From: an uncultured Chlamydiae bacterium
GTDB taxonomy: Bacteria > Chlamydiota > Chlamydiia > Chlamydiales > SM23-39
Assembly: GCA_963828125.1 (NCBI GenBank)
Contig: CAWHDP010000001.1
Location: 381,413 to 445,412 of the forward strand
DNA length: 64,000 bases
Direction of reading: 5' to 3'
Positions 9,848 to 21,202 of this stretch are shown piece after piece. Position 1 is the stretch's first letter, and every line of letters starts with the position of its first letter. The translations under genes and the position numbers were made by a program. A model generated the notes under the pieces. It did not search any database. It was given only the letters and a program-made list of their open reading frames with translations, and had not been told where the DNA came from.

Positions 9848-12800
9848 ATGAAATGGCAGCGCTTTTTTCTTATTATCTTTCTTCTCCCCACCTTGATGTA
9901 TGCTCTTAACCAAGAAGAATGTGCGAACATCTTTCACAAAATTCTTCCCGAATGGAATCGACACACTGAACTAATCCAGCAATTTCAGAAAAAGCCGTAT
10001 ACTCAAGAAGGACTTCAGCTCCTTAAGGAATCGCTCGCATGTTGCCAAAGAGCCGTGGGGCACTGCGATGCCATTCTAAATGATATCGCCAGTAAGAAAA
10101 AAGATGATCGCAAAAAACAGTGGAGAGTGGATTTAAAAAGTCGATGTGAGAAAGAAAAACGGGGGTTAAATGCAGAGATTAATCAACTGCAGATCGACAT
10201 CGGCAGGGTTGAGGCGAATATTTCTGCCACAGCTCTTTATAATACAAGCCTGGAAAAAGCTGCAGTAGCAGGAAATAAAGGTAGAAGTTGTGAAAGGGGA
10301 TTCAATAATGCCGATGAGGTTGTGTCGGTTCTCAATGAAATAGCAAAACTCTATGAAGAAGCTTTTTCTCTTACAAATCAAGCTCTATCTCTTATCAATC
10401 CTTATCCTCAAGAAGAAGACAAGGCAGCCTTAAGGCGTCAGGCAGCAAATTATCAAGAACTAGCTGAGAAATACAAAAACGAAGCAGTTGAGTGGCGGTC
10501 TGCCGCGGCGAATAATAGAGCAGTCTGCAAAGAGAAAATAGCAGAAATCAAATCAGACTGCAGGCTTTTGACAGAAAAAGGATTAAAGCGAAGCTGCTAT
10601 GACTTACAAAAACACGCCCTTTTCCTATTAGAACAATTACTTGATGGAAATACCAGCGAGGAAGCTTCTGCTCTCAAACAGGAACAAGCGCAATTAGAGG
10701 AATTTGTTGCTGCTTTTGAGAAAGAAGCTGATGACAACCGATTAACAGATGTAAAACCAGTTTTTTCTAAAGAGGAATTCGAGGCTCGGGAAAAAGAGAG
10801 GAGAGAGTTATTTTTTAAAAGTGATTTCCTTTTAAACCCTGATCTTTATTTGCCTGAAACGGTTAAAAATGAGCCTCTTCCTAGAATAGTTCCACTAGAT
10901 GGGCAAACAGGGAAAAAGGAAGGGGATTTTTCTCTTTATACAGATCAGTTTTATCGATTTTTGATCCAAAGCCACACGTCCGAGCCCGAGCTCACCATCA
11001 AAGTTCTTGAAAATGGACAGGAAGTCCATACAGAAAAAATCGCTCTTCCTTTTAAAAATACCGATAGTTGGGAAGACTATCTAAAGAATGGAATGGTTTT
11101 CATTCCGGATACAAAACTGAAGTCGGACTTCGGTTTAGACCTGCGTCTAAGTTTTGCTGCTGATCCACACAACAAATTTTCTTTGATTGTTTCACAAAAA
11201 AGTACGGACTTGCGTTACCAATTTGTGATTTCCTTAGGGGAAGACTCGGCACACTATGTGTGTCAATTTTCAGCTCCTCCACCATGGCAGCTTGAAACTT
11301 TGAGAAAACCAGCTTCGGCTCAACCCAATAAACCTATAAATTCTACTTCACTACCCTCTATAGATGTAACGCTGAAAGAAGGGGAGCAACGGCTCATCAC
11401 TTCGTTAGAATCGATGGTTTATCCTGTATTGGATCAGCTCGTTGAAGAGCTGAGAAAAGACCCTCTAGCGTTGGCTAGCTTTGTCCAAAATGAAATTGCT
11501 CTCGTCGATGCATTTTTCCATCAAGAAAATGGTGTCATTCATCCAGTAAGTGTTTATAGAAATCCTTGTACAACATTTCTTGAAAAACAAGGATCCGCTT
11601 GGGAGCAATGTCAGCTACTCGTTTACCTTTTACGCAAAGCGGGTTTCAAAGCAGTCTATGCTTTAGGAGACTCTTGCTCACTTCCTAAGGATTTTGTAGA
11701 GCGAATGCTTTTAACCAAACTGCCGGAAGACAAACAGGAAGCTCTGCTTAAATATCCATGGGTCTTATTTTTTGACGGTAGGGAATGGATCTCTCTTTTT
11801 CCTTGGATGAAGGATATCCAAGTCCATGAAGGACATGACCTTTACAGCTTTTTACCAGAAAAATATGCGGGCGCCGATCAATGGATCTTACAGTACCTGA
11901 AAGGAGACCAAGAAATCTTCAAGCATATTGGACCTGACGGAGACGACACGGCCGGGGTGCTTTTTGTCCGTTTTGTGGAAGAGAATTTAAGAAAACAGGG
12001 GTTACACTTAAGCGATGTTGGGGTTCATCGAATCCAACTAAAAAAACAATACTCCTGTTGGGGCGATTTTCCCCATCCCAGCATCCAATCTCAACCTCAA
12101 ATTTATAACTCATTAGATGCGATTCCCCAAATATATGCTTGGATGAAAATAGATATAAATTCTCGTCAAAATCCTAAAAAATTAATCTCTCGTACATTCC
12201 CGGTACCTTTTTTCAATTCGGGAGCATCTTTTATTCGTTTTGATACCAATGGGAACAATCAGACTCTTTTCGCTCAATTGGCAGGAAAAGATTTATCTGC
12301 AGTTCAGCTGGATTCCTCAGATCGGGTTATTGATATCTCTATTCAAGTAGAATTTCTTCTTGGGAATCAGAGTCTTGCCCAAAAACAAACGTTCTGGATA
12401 GAGAAAGGGACTAGTGCAGCACTTTGTTCACATTTCGGTGGGGATAGTCCCAAAGTGACCTCCCAATATTTTGAGCAATTTAAAGTTCAAAAAGATGAGA
12501 AAAAGAAACTTTTATCTCTTTTGGCCTTTGTTGGAGCCTCATATTTCGAGAAATGCAGTAGATCAACCAATATTCTTGCTGCCTTGCATAAGGTCAATCC
12601 TACCTCCCCATTTGCTTTTGGACTTGCTAAGCTCTCTCCTGACCTTTCAAAAGGCCCTTTTAGAGGAGAGGAAGACCTAGTACTTCCTCAAGTCGATATG
12701 TTCCGCTTTCATGCGGGTCCTTCGGAGTTATCAACTCCTTCAGCCTGGCATCAGGAGCTGCATACAGCGAGGACTGGTTTTGAAGCGCTCTCTCTAATTG

Positions 12801-15800
12801 ACGGTTCTTCGAATGAACATCAGATTTTACGAGAAATTTTTAAAGACGACTATGCTGTTTCTACGGTGAAACTACTGCAGTTAGCTCATCTTGAGCAACA
12901 AAAGCAAGGATTAGAAGGAGCGGGGTTTTTGACTCTTACTCCAGCTAGTTTTGAAGCTGCCAATAAAAACCCTAAGTCCGCTCAAAGCCAGTATTTTTCT
13001 AATTTAAAAGACTTCAATCTTTCTGATTTAAAGACTGTATCGCCGTGGCAATGGAACATGCTGCAAACTCTTATGGATCCGAATCAACCATGTAGCAGTT
13101 GGACCTATGCTTATATGACTCCTGGATTGGTAACTAGCTTAGATGGAATGCGTAAGGAAATGGGGACTATCATCATAAGCCCTCATGCATGGTATGCCCT
13201 GATTTCTATTAACGACATCGTAACCAATGGAGGTCTGGGGACCCCACTTCCCAACTACTATCTTTCTCCCTGGGCGATTAGAAATTGGGATCTTGTCCCT
13301 ACATCTAGTAGCTATACGAATGGCTATGCACTCCAAGTTCCTGCGCAGACTAATTTCTCGAACCTTCCAGCTCATCCTGTTCCAACCATTGAAAAATCTA
13401 TACCAGGAAAGAGAGATTGGATTTCTGATGTAAGAGCAGGTTTTAGAGATAGCTGGAACTTTGTAGCAGACCCCATTGATATTGTATCAGGAGCGTTCTA
13501 TATCGATGAAATCGATCTGGTTCTTCCAGGACCTTTCCCTCTAACCATTCGCCGTAACTATAATAGCCAAAACCCACTCATTGGTGATCTCGGTTGCGGA
13601 TGGAAGCTCAGCTTAAATCCGTTTCTTGTAGACCAAGACGGTAAACGCTTTGCTGCTGAATTAGACGGAACGGTGATCGTTTACAGCTACAATCGGCAGA
13701 CCGATCGATGGGAAGTCTTCCCCGAAGAAAATCCAGAGCTCTCCAATTTTAATCAGCAGGGAATAGGCAGCTCTGCTAGCCCTTTCCATTCCTACATCGA
13801 AAATGATGTCTTATATGGAGCGGATGGATCAAAAAGATCCTACAAAGAGGGACTTCTTCAACAATGGTCAGATGCTAGAGGGCATACCCTCTCTTTCTCC
13901 TATAAAAATGATCGCTTATCCCGTATCGAAAGTTCCAATGGAGATTTCTGCGGGGTCCATTACAATCATGAAGGCAATATCTCTGAAATCTATGCAAAAG
14001 ACGGTCGGCGTATTTCTTACGATTATGATTCTCAAGGAGATCTTGTTAAAGTCACGCTCCCCAATACGGCTGAGATTAGCTACACATACGATCGGAACCA
14101 TCGGATCATTCGAGAAACAAAGCCTCATGGGAAAGTCCTAGAAAACGTCTATACCGATAAGGGACAAGTCAAAGAGCAAAGATCTCCCATGGGTTATAAC
14201 CAACAAATGATCACGACAGCTACATTTGAATATGTCGATGGGAAAACGATTGTCGCAGATGCCGAAGGAAATAAAACCACATATCAAATCCATGATAAAC
14301 AGATCTACAAAATCACCGATCCTCTTGGTTTTATCACGCTTCAAGCTTGGTTTATAGACAAAGAGTCGTGGTTTGATCCAGAAACTGAGCGAGTTGTGGA
14401 ATGGAATCAAAAGGGCGGAGCTATCCGAAGCCTACAGTCCATAACGGATAAACGAGGACTCATAACCTCTTACCTTTACGACGATCGTGGGAATCCTGAA
14501 TTCATCACGATTGAAGGTGAGGATCTCACAGGAAGAGGGGAATCAAAAGCTACCAAGAAACTTGCCTACAATGAGAGAAATCTCTGCATTAAAGAAGAAG
14601 TCTATGGGCAAAAAACGCTCACTTCCTATGACACTACATTTCCTTATTTACCAAAAAGAATCGAGAAATACAGCGAAAACACCCTGACTTCCTACGTTGA
14701 TTTCGATTACAACTCCTTGGGACAACTGGAAAAAGAAGACCGTTCTGGGGCGATCACTGTCTGGCATTATAACGATCGGGGTTTCCCAAAAGAGAAAATC
14801 CAAATGACGGGAACGGATGATCCAGATGTTGTCACCACTTATACCTACAATCATCAAGGGCAATGCATAGAAATCAGAGCCATCGACGGAACCCAAGAGA
14901 ATGACTACGATCTTATGGGGAATCAAATCGAATCAAAGGTATTTTCACCTTCGGGGGAGCTGATTGCTGCATCATATATCGGATACGATCTGAATAGCGC
15001 TCCTACATGGAAGCAGACAGAGAATTCTGAGAATATCGTCTACTTTGATTACCACGCCTCAGGCCTCGCCAAAGCAAAGAGACAATCTCTTACCCCCAGC
15101 CGTTCGATTGCCTATACCCTTTACGAATACAATTCTTGTGGATATCTCATCGAAGAAACAGATCCTAGAGGATATGTAACTTATAGAGACTACGATCCCC
15201 TTGGCCGAGTAAAATCGGAAACTAAAGAGGGACATACAGCTCTTTTTTCTTACGAAGCAGGGGGGCTCCTTGAAACTCTCACATCGCCATCTGGAGGTCA
15301 AACAACACGTCATTACACAACCAATGGCCTTCTCAAAGAGGAGATTTATCCAGATGGAACGAAGAATACGACAGTTTATGATGTTTTAGGGCGTCCGGTC
15401 TTAGAAACAAAGAAGGGAATTTCTTGGGAAATCACATACGACGACCCCCATCATCGAGTGATAAGAACTCATCTAGCGACGAAAAATTCTGAAATCAGCG
15501 AATTTGATCCGAGAGGAAATCTCATCAAATTTACTGATGCTGCAGGTTATACCTCAGAAAAAACCTATGACAGTCTTAATCGGCCTAAGACCGAGATAAG
15601 TCCTAGCGGCAAGCACACAAGCTGGAAGTATCAGGATAACCTTGTCGTTTGCACTCTTCCAAGCGGCGAGACCACCACCACTCAATATGCTGGGGCAAGA
15701 GCTATTAAATCAGAGACCAGCGACTCTAGAGGGACTTTTATTTCTGTCTCAGAACTCCAGGTTGACCTTGAGCATGACAAGGAAGAAGTCATTGAAGGAG

Positions 15801-18325
15801 ATGAAAGAACAGTCACTTGGCGAAATGCTCTTGGGGTGCCAATTAAGATTGAAAAAGGCGAAATCACAGTTAAGTACGAATATGACGCTTGTGGAAATCG
15901 CATTGTTTCAATCGACGGAGATGGAAGAATCACCCGCCAAGAATTCGATGGATTAGGCCGCTTGACCCAAAAATATTTACCCGATGGAACCGTTCTTGAA
16001 TTTGTCTATGATTTAGACTCTAACTTAGCCGAATACCACCTACCTAACGGCAATGTCTGGAAAGCTTCGTATGATTCAATGCATAGAAAGAAATCAGAGG
16101 AGCTTATCTCTTCAAGAGGTTCCTCTGAACGCTGGACCTTCTCTTATGAAAATGGCTACCTCAGAGAAGCTAGAGATCCTATGCAACGGACTCATACTTA
16201 TCTTTATGATGACTATGGAAGGGTCTTCCAAGATAGCGTTGAAGGCGGCAAGCGTACTTATACTTATGAGCCCAGGGGATTTCTAAGGGCAGCAAGTCAG
16301 ACTACAGATGTAGCCTCTTCCTGGCTATCTAGCTGGGTATATGGGTCGCAAAACGAAAATTCTCTAGTAGAGCGCTCGTATGATGCAGATGGTAATTTAG
16401 CTCTTGAGTCAGTCTATTTGAATTCCAATCTGATCCAAGAGACAAAGCAGAAATGGACGGCTAATAGTCGTTCTTTGCAGATTGGAAACCATGTTCGTGA
16501 TTTCTTCTATCAGAACAATCAGCTCATTCGGGTTTCAACTCAAGCTGTAGGAGTATCCTATTCGTATGAACTCAGCGGAGCTCTGAAGAGCAAAAATAGC
16601 CGACTGAGTTCTACTACGATCAATTATAATTCCTCAGGGTTACCAGAGACTGTTGTAACCAGTCTACCTGAAGGCTTTTATCAGGAGCAGCTCAATTGGT
16701 ACCCTTCAGGAAAAATCTATACCTATACTGCTCCAGGAAGAGATCAGAGTTTTTCTTACAATGAAAGAGGGCATTTAATATCGACAGGGTCGGAAAAATA
16801 CGATTTTGATTTTGGGTCTGCAGGCGCCGGCGTTCGAACAGCCGCCCCAGGTTGGTATGTGCCGCAAAACGGATTAGATGATTTCGGTAGAATTCTTGCT
16901 TCGGTGTTTGAAAAGACGTCTCTTTCAACAGGTTACAATGCAATAGGAGAGGTGATTACTCATGGTCAAAAACAATTGTCTTGGGATCCATGGGGCAAAT
17001 TGACCAAAGTGACCGACCCTTCTTATCTCTGGGAAGCCTCTTACGATGCTTTGGGTAGAAGACTCCAGACTCGCTATACAAAATCAGGAGAGCAAACTTT
17101 AATCACCCATTCTCTCTACGATCCTGAAGAAGAATTTCAAGAGATCGGGGTACAAATCGAAGGGAAAACCTTTTGGAAAATTTATGGGCCGGATGCTTGC
17201 GATGCGATCAGTGATGAAACAGGAGCATCCGTTACCCTAATGCACAATGCATTGAGGCAGCTGACAGGAGTTGTTTCTCACCAAGGGATTCTCTATAGCG
17301 AAACGCCCCCTTCCTTCTATGGGCCTCTTGAAATAAATCCTTCTGTTTCTTCAGATCTGATTTCTTATGCCCAGTCTTTGAATTGGCATAGTAAGGCCCA
17401 AGACCCAACAGGTTTCATCTGGATGGGGGATAGATACTATGATTCTAGAAGCGGTCAATTCTTAAGCCAAGATCCGGTGTCTTACCCGATGTGCCTAGAT
17501 CTATATGCTTATGCTAATGGGGATCCAGTTAATTACTTTGATCCAGATGGTCGATTTGCGTCTCCTGTGTATCAATCAGTCAAACCTGTTGTGATCGGTG
17601 CTTTACAGCCTTTCAACGGATTAAATCAAGCCATTCAAGGCTTTAACGCTATTCCCGCCTATCTTGCAAATCACGATCTGATGCGTTCAGGCTCTTTCCA
17701 GGTAGGTTCTTTTGATTTACCTTGTGGTGGAATAGGATTCATCAATGGGATTAACAATCAACAAACTAAATCTATAGCAAGTGCACAACAATTGAGCCAA
17801 TATGCAGGGGGAGCCAAAGTTTATGGGATTTATAATGCAACCAACTGGGATAGTATTCAGTGGGTATCAACAGTGATCGATGTCCTAGAATGCGGACTAG
17901 GACATATGAGAATGCATACTCCACCCGTTCAATTATTAAAAAATCAATGGAATCACTTTATTGCCACACATGAACCTGATGAAAAATTTCTACAGATTAG
18001 CCACAGCGGAGGAGCCCTTCAAGTCTACAATGCCCTTTTGACCTCGCCAAAATCAGTCCAGCAAAGAATCATTAGCCTAGCTCTTGCCCCCGCTGCCATT
18101 ATTCCAGAAGAACTATGCTTTAGGTCTTATAACTACATGAGTAGGCGGGATATTGTTACTCGTCTCGATGTCATAGGGAAGATAAAATATGGAAATCAGT
18201 TGCAAGTGCTAGAACCTCATCCTAACGCCAATTTTTGGGATCATGAGTTCTTAAGTCCTACTTTTGCACCAAAGATAAAAGATCATATTAAAGATTACAT
18301 TGAAAACTATGGGGGTAAAAAATGA
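9848..18325 (+). CDS. Giant RHS/YD-repeat toxin with signal peptide and alpha/beta-hydrolase tip
   Basis: Hydrophobic N-terminus, DUF6531-like DPIDIVSGAF, YD repeats, core end PVNYFDPDG, tip FINGINN...HSGG. Confidence 0.9.
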   Translation: MKWQRFFLIIFLLPTLMYALNQEECANIFHKILPEWNRHTELIQQFQKKPYTQEGLQLLKESLACCQRAVGHCDAILNDIASKKKDDRKKQWRVDLKSRCEKEKRGLNAEINQLQIDIGRVEANISATALYNTSLEKAAVAGNKGRSCERGFNNADEVVSVLNEIAKLYEEAFSLTNQALSLINPYPQEEDKAALRRQAANYQELAEKYKNEAVEWRSAAANNRAVCKEKIAEIKSDCRLLTEKGLKRSCYDLQKHALFLLEQLLDGNTSEEASALKQEQAQLEEFVAAFEKEADDNRLTDVKPVFSKEEFEAREKERRELFFKSDFLLNPDLYLPETVKNEPLPRIVPLDGQTGKKEGDFSLYTDQFYRFLIQSHTSEPELTIKVLENGQEVHTEKIALPFKNTDSWEDYLKNGMVFIPDTKLKSDFGLDLRLSFAADPHNKFSLIVSQKSTDLRYQFVISLGEDSAHYVCQFSAPPPWQLETLRKPASAQPNKPINSTSLPSIDVTLKEGEQRLITSLESMVYPVLDQLVEELRKDPLALASFVQNEIALVDAFFHQENGVIHPVSVYRNPCTTFLEKQGSAWEQCQLLVYLLRKAGFKAVYALGDSCSLPKDFVERMLLTKLPEDKQEALLKYPWVLFFDGREWISLFPWMKDIQVHEGHDLYSFLPEKYAGADQWILQYLKGDQEIFKHIGPDGDDTAGVLFVRFVEENLRKQGLHLSDVGVHRIQLKKQYSCWGDFPHPSIQSQPQIYNSLDAIPQIYAWMKIDINSRQNPKKLISRTFPVPFFNSGASFIRFDTNGNNQTLFAQLAGKDLSAVQLDSSDRVIDISIQVEFLLGNQSLAQKQTFWIEKGTSAALCSHFGGDSPKVTSQYFEQFKVQKDEKKKLLSLLAFVGASYFEKCSRSTNILAALHKVNPTSPFAFGLAKLSPDLSKGPFRGEEDLVLPQVDMFRFHAGPSELSTPSAWHQELHTARTGFEALSLIDGSSNEHQILREIFKDDYAVSTVKLLQLAHLEQQKQGLEGAGFLTLTPASFEAANKNPKSAQSQYFSNLKDFNLSDLKTVSPWQWNMLQTLMDPNQPCSSWTYAYMTPGLVTSLDGMRKEMGTIIISPHAWYALISINDIVTNGGLGTPLPNYYLSPWAIRNWDLVPTSSSYTNGYALQVPAQTNFSNLPAHPVPTIEKSIPGKRDWISDVRAGFRDSWNFVADPIDIVSGAFYIDEIDLVLPGPFPLTIRRNYNSQNPLIGDLGCGWKLSLNPFLVDQDGKRFAAELDGTVIVYSYNRQTDRWEVFPEENPELSNFNQQGIGSSASPFHSYIENDVLYGADGSKRSYKEGLLQQWSDARGHTLSFSYKNDRLSRIESSNGDFCGVHYNHEGNISEIYAKDGRRISYDYDSQGDLVKVTLPNTAEISYTYDRNHRIIRETKPHGKVLENVYTDKGQVKEQRSPMGYNQQMITTATFEYVDGKTIVADAEGNKTTYQIHDKQIYKITDPLGFITLQAWFIDKESWFDPETERVVEWNQKGGAIRSLQSITDKRGLITSYLYDDRGNPEFITIEGEDLTGRGESKATKKLAYNERNLCIKEEVYGQKTLTSYDTTFPYLPKRIEKYSENTLTSYVDFDYNSLGQLEKEDRSGAITVWHYNDRGFPKEKIQMTGTDDPDVVTTYTYNHQGQCIEIRAIDGTQENDYDLMGNQIESKVFSPSGELIAASYIGYDLNSAPTWKQTENSENIVYFDYHASGLAKAKRQSLTPSRSIAYTLYEYNSCGYLIEETDPRGYVTYRDYDPLGRVKSETKEGHTALFSYEAGGLLETLTSPSGGQTTRHYTTNGLLKEEIYPDGTKNTTVYDVLGRPVLETKKGISWEITYDDPHHRVIRTHLATKNSEISEFDPRGNLIKFTDAAGYTSEKTYDSLNRPKTEISPSGKHTSWKYQDNLVVCTLPSGETTTTQYAGARAIKSETSDSRGTFISVSELQVDLEHDKEEVIEGDERTVTWRNALGVPIKIEKGEITVKYEYDACGNRIVSIDGDGRITRQEFDGLGRLTQKYLPDGTVLEFVYDLDSNLAEYHLPNGNVWKASYDSMHRKKSEELISSRGSSERWTFSYENGYLREARDPMQRTHTYLYDDYGRVFQDSVEGGKRTYTYEPRGFLRAASQTTDVASSWLSSWVYGSQNENSLVERSYDADGNLALESVYLNSNLIQETKQKWTANSRSLQIGNHVRDFFYQNNQLIRVSTQAVGVSYSYELSGALKSKNSRLSSTTINYNSSGLPETVVTSLPEGFYQEQLNWYPSGKIYTYTAPGRDQSFSYNERGHLISTGSEKYDFDFGSAGAGVRTAAPGWYVPQNGLDDFGRILASVFEKTSLSTGYNAIGEVITHGQKQLSWDPWGKLTKVTDPSYLWEASYDALGRRLQTRYTKSGEQTLITHSLYDPEEEFQEIGVQIEGKTFWKIYGPDACDAISDETGASVTLMHNALRQLTGVVSHQGILYSETPPSFYGPLEINPSVSSDLISYAQSLNWHSKAQDPTGFIWMGDRYYDSRSGQFLSQDPVSYPMCLDLYAYANGDPVNYFDPDGRFASPVYQSVKPVVIGALQPFNGLNQAIQGFNAIPAYLANHDLMRSGSFQVGSFDLPCGGIGFINGINNQQTKSIASAQQLSQYAGGAKVYGIYNATNWDSIQWVSTVIDVLECGLGHMRMHTPPVQLLKNQWNHFIATHEPDEKFLQISHSGGALQVYNALLTSPKSVQQRIISLALAPAAIIPEELCFRSYNYMSRRDIVTRLDVIGKIKYGNQLQVLEPHPNANFWDHEFLSPTFAPKIKDHIKDYIENYGGKK

Positions 18326-18852
18326 AGTTATTTTTTAACATTGGAGTGATCCTAAGTATGTTCTCTTTTCTTTTTGGGTGTTCATCTTTTGGCTATCAGT
18401 CTCCTCGTTATGTAAAACTAGCTGATGAAATTACGGAAAAAACCGCGAAGAAATTGAAAGAACAAAAGAATCTATACCTTGCAGGAACAGGGGGGCAAAT
18501 GATGGATGACATACAGATGATGGCTATGAGCTTTGATTATTATCAAGAGGTCGACCTCAAAACAGCTCGAGAGCTTATTGTCCATGTCATCAATGAATAT
18601 CTGTCAGCAATCAATAGTAATAAAGAAATAAAACCTTACCTTCATGAATATCCATTTACCGCCAAAAACGTTGAAATAAGAATTTGGGTTTTTGAGCCAA
18701 ATGGTTCTAATCCACCTTTAGATAAAATCTATTATATCTCAGCTATTAATGGGAGCTTGGCTTATTATCTAGATCTCCCTGAAACGCACTCAAGACGAGC
18801 CATTTGTAAAGAGACTTATGAAGAAGCTTCTCGAGCAATTTCTTCTGAATAA
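18322..18852 (+). CDS. Putative immunity lipoprotein
   Basis: Overlaps the RHS stop; lipobox-like LFGC; similar to 28636-29289 (GG.M, PYL.EYPF). Confidence 0.75.
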   Translation: MKLFFNIGVILSMFSFLFGCSSFGYQSPRYVKLADEITEKTAKKLKEQKNLYLAGTGGQMMDDIQMMAMSFDYYQEVDLKTARELIVHVINEYLSAINSNKEIKPYLHEYPFTAKNVEIRIWVFEPNGSNPPLDKIYYISAINGSLAYYLDLPETHSRRAICKETYEEASRAISSE

Positions 18853-18934
18853 AAATTTTGTAGGGAAAAAGAATGTCAAAAACTGTGTTGCAAACTGAAG
18901 ATCAAAAGAAAATGAAAGGATACGCTCAAAATGC

Positions 18935-19344
18935 GGCCATTTTCATAACTTCATCATTCGCCACCCCATCGGTGGTGATCAAGCCGCTTGATTTTCCGGC
19001 GCTTTTTGCACCTGCGTCTGTGCCCGCTTGCGCGGCCTGACCGGCAAGTCGATAGTACTCAGCAGCCACTCGAACACATTTCGTTGCTTTTTTCCAAAAA
19101 ATCTCTCCGCAGCTGTGCCGCCGTCCTTTCGTGAGGTAAAAAAATTGTGCAACACGGTGAGGGCTAGCAATTGGTTGGCACTCAGTTTGTGGAGTGCGTG
19201 ATGTTTCAGTGATAAGACCCCGTTCCTCCCTTCGACACACGAGCTTGACCTTTGGAATAGAGCAGCGCATTGCCTGGCCTTTTTGCCCCAAACCGCTTGC
19301 TCGCGGGGAGTAAGGTTAGCCCAGGGACCATCCCTTTGGCGGAC
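18935..19344 (-). mobile_element. Right-end fragment of the DUF6399-type IS
   Basis: Reverse complement of about 9315-9724. Confidence 0.9.
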
Positions 19345-19912
19345 GGCCATTTTCATAACTTCATCATTCGCCACCCCATCGGTGGTGATCAAGCCGCTTG
19401 ATTTCCCGATGTTTTTTGCACCCACGTCTGCACCCGCTTGCGCGGCCTGATGGAGGGTTCTTTCAAAAAATAGCTCGTTTATAGCAAATTCTTTGGTTGT
19501 TGAAGCTAAAGGGTTGCAAAAAACGAGCTATGGAAACAGCATCTTCGGTCGCATGGCCGAGGGCATGTCTTTGAAGGAGATGACCGCTGCTGTTGATGAG
19601 AACTTCATCATGGAGAACATGACTCTTATTCTGATGGAACCAGATTCTGGTTTTATCCTCGCAGAGCAACAGGAGGATAAGCGAGATGCAGCGACCTGGA
19701 TGAGAGTGTCGCAAGCAGCCACCAATGGGCTGAATGTAAAAATCGTGCAGGTTACGGGCGATGAAGCAGGCTGTATAATAAAGTATGCCCAAGAGCTCTT
19801 AGGCGCGAGTAAGGCATCGGATTTATTCCACGTTCAGCAAGATATCACAAGAGGGCTAACAAGTGTGCTAGCCCGAAGAGTGCAGCATGCTGAAAAAGCT
19901 CTCAGCGACTCC
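19345..19912 (+). mobile_element. Left-end fragment of the DUF6399-type IS with an internal deletion
   Basis: Matches 7777-7983 joined through TCG microhomology to about 8393-8757. Confidence 0.88.
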
Positions 19913-19940
19913 TGTCAAGCGACACCAGAAAGTGACCCAC
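19913..19940. mobile_element. 28-bp IS21 terminal fragment
   Basis: Identical to 2515-2542. Confidence 0.85.
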
Positions 19941-20258
19941 TGACTATGCGCGAGAGCTAGACACGCTGATGACTTGGAATTTTCAGTCCTTCTAAAATTC
20001 CAAGGCATTGACCGACTTAGGTATACATCAGTTCTAGATCTTGCTCATTATGAATCTTGTCGCTCCTGGCGATGATTTCCGAAATTTGCTCATTTATCGC
20101 TTGAATTTTGGCGATGAGGCCTTTAGAATTCTGGGTTATGCCTAATTGCATTGATCTTCTCCTTGTCTTTTGCGATTCAAAGAGTATCAGTGCTTTAGGC
20201 ACTTTTTTTAAAGAAAAATTTTCATTTATGCGGCTACCCAGAAAATGGGAATGCGCCC
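19941..20258 (-). mobile_element. ISKra4/ISLre2-like left end with putative transposase N-terminal stub
   Basis: 29-bp sequence at 20230-20258 is the exact inverse of 24956-24984. Confidence 0.6.
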
Positions 20259-20729
20259 GATGCTGAGTATGCAGCTGATCTGGCTAATTTTGTAGAAGGG
20301 CGGAATGTAAAGTTCATATACATTGATCCGGCCGCCGCTAGCTTCAAGATTGAAATGAGAAGAGCTGGAATTGGCATTCCGATTCGCGATGCCGAAAATG
20401 ACGTAACCGAGGGTATTAAAACGCTCTCCTCGTATCTTTCAATGGGGGATTTAAAGATTTGTCGCAATTGCCGTAACTTGATTGGAGAGATACAAGGATA
20501 TTGCTGGGACCCAAAAGCAGCAGAACGGGGCGAAGACGCCCCCATCAAAAGGGCGGACCACGCGATTGATGCCTTGCGCTACAGTGTTTTCTCATACTTT
20601 GGGAACAGAATTTCCATGAAGGAGCCTATCGGATCGCTTGAAGGCGCATCTCTTGGACGCCTTAAGCATATCAATTCAATTGATCCTCGCCAATTCAAGG
20701 GTGCAGGGCAATTTCGGGGGAGTTTTTAG
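20259..20729 (+). pseudogene. Phage terminase large subunit, C-terminal nuclease fragment
   Basis: IYIDPAAASF, AENDVTEGI, EIQGYCWD, DHAIDALRY. Confidence 0.8.
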
Positions 20730-20848
20730 CATTGGTTACGTTTGATGTGAATAACGCTGGTTGTGAGGACTCTAGGACGTTTCTGCAAGCTTACCTTTAA
20801 CTCAAGGCCAAGCCGAAAACTCTTTTCTTACTGATTTGTTTTGTGCGC

Positions 20849-21193
20849 TCATTTATGGCTTCGTGGGCTTGCGGCGATTTGGATATTCCTTTCGCTTGGA
20901 AGAAGTTCGCCATTTTTTACGATGGGGCGAACATGTTCGTGTTCTTTCGCTTCAATCCACAAATCATAATTCGTTTGTAAGTTAATCCACAGCTGGGGCG
21001 TAGTGTCAAAAGCTTCTGCTAATGAAAGCGCAATAGCAGGAGTTACGCTTGCTAATCCGGTCCGAATCTTAAACAAAGTGTTGCGCGCGATCCCAAGTCT
21101 ATCTGCAAGTTTTTGCAAATTTAAATTAAGAGGTTTGATATACAGATCATCAAGGATTTCTCCGGGATGCGAAGGTTTTCTTTTTCTAATCAT
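20849..21193 (-). CDS. higA: HigA-family antitoxin (toxin absent)
   Basis: PSHPGEIL, HTH, FDTTPQLWINLQTNYDL. Confidence 0.88.
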   Translation of the reverse strand: MIRKRKPSHPGEILDDLYIKPLNLNLQKLADRLGIARNTLFKIRTGLASVTPAIALSLAEAFDTTPQLWINLQTNYDLWIEAKEHEHVRPIVKNGELLPSERNIQIAASPRSHK

Positions 21194-21202
21194 AAATCCT
21201 CG

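Noticed and set aside
10166..16943. Short overlapping ORFs within RHS genes
   Set aside because: They are shadow ORFs of long coding sequences with no recognisable motifs
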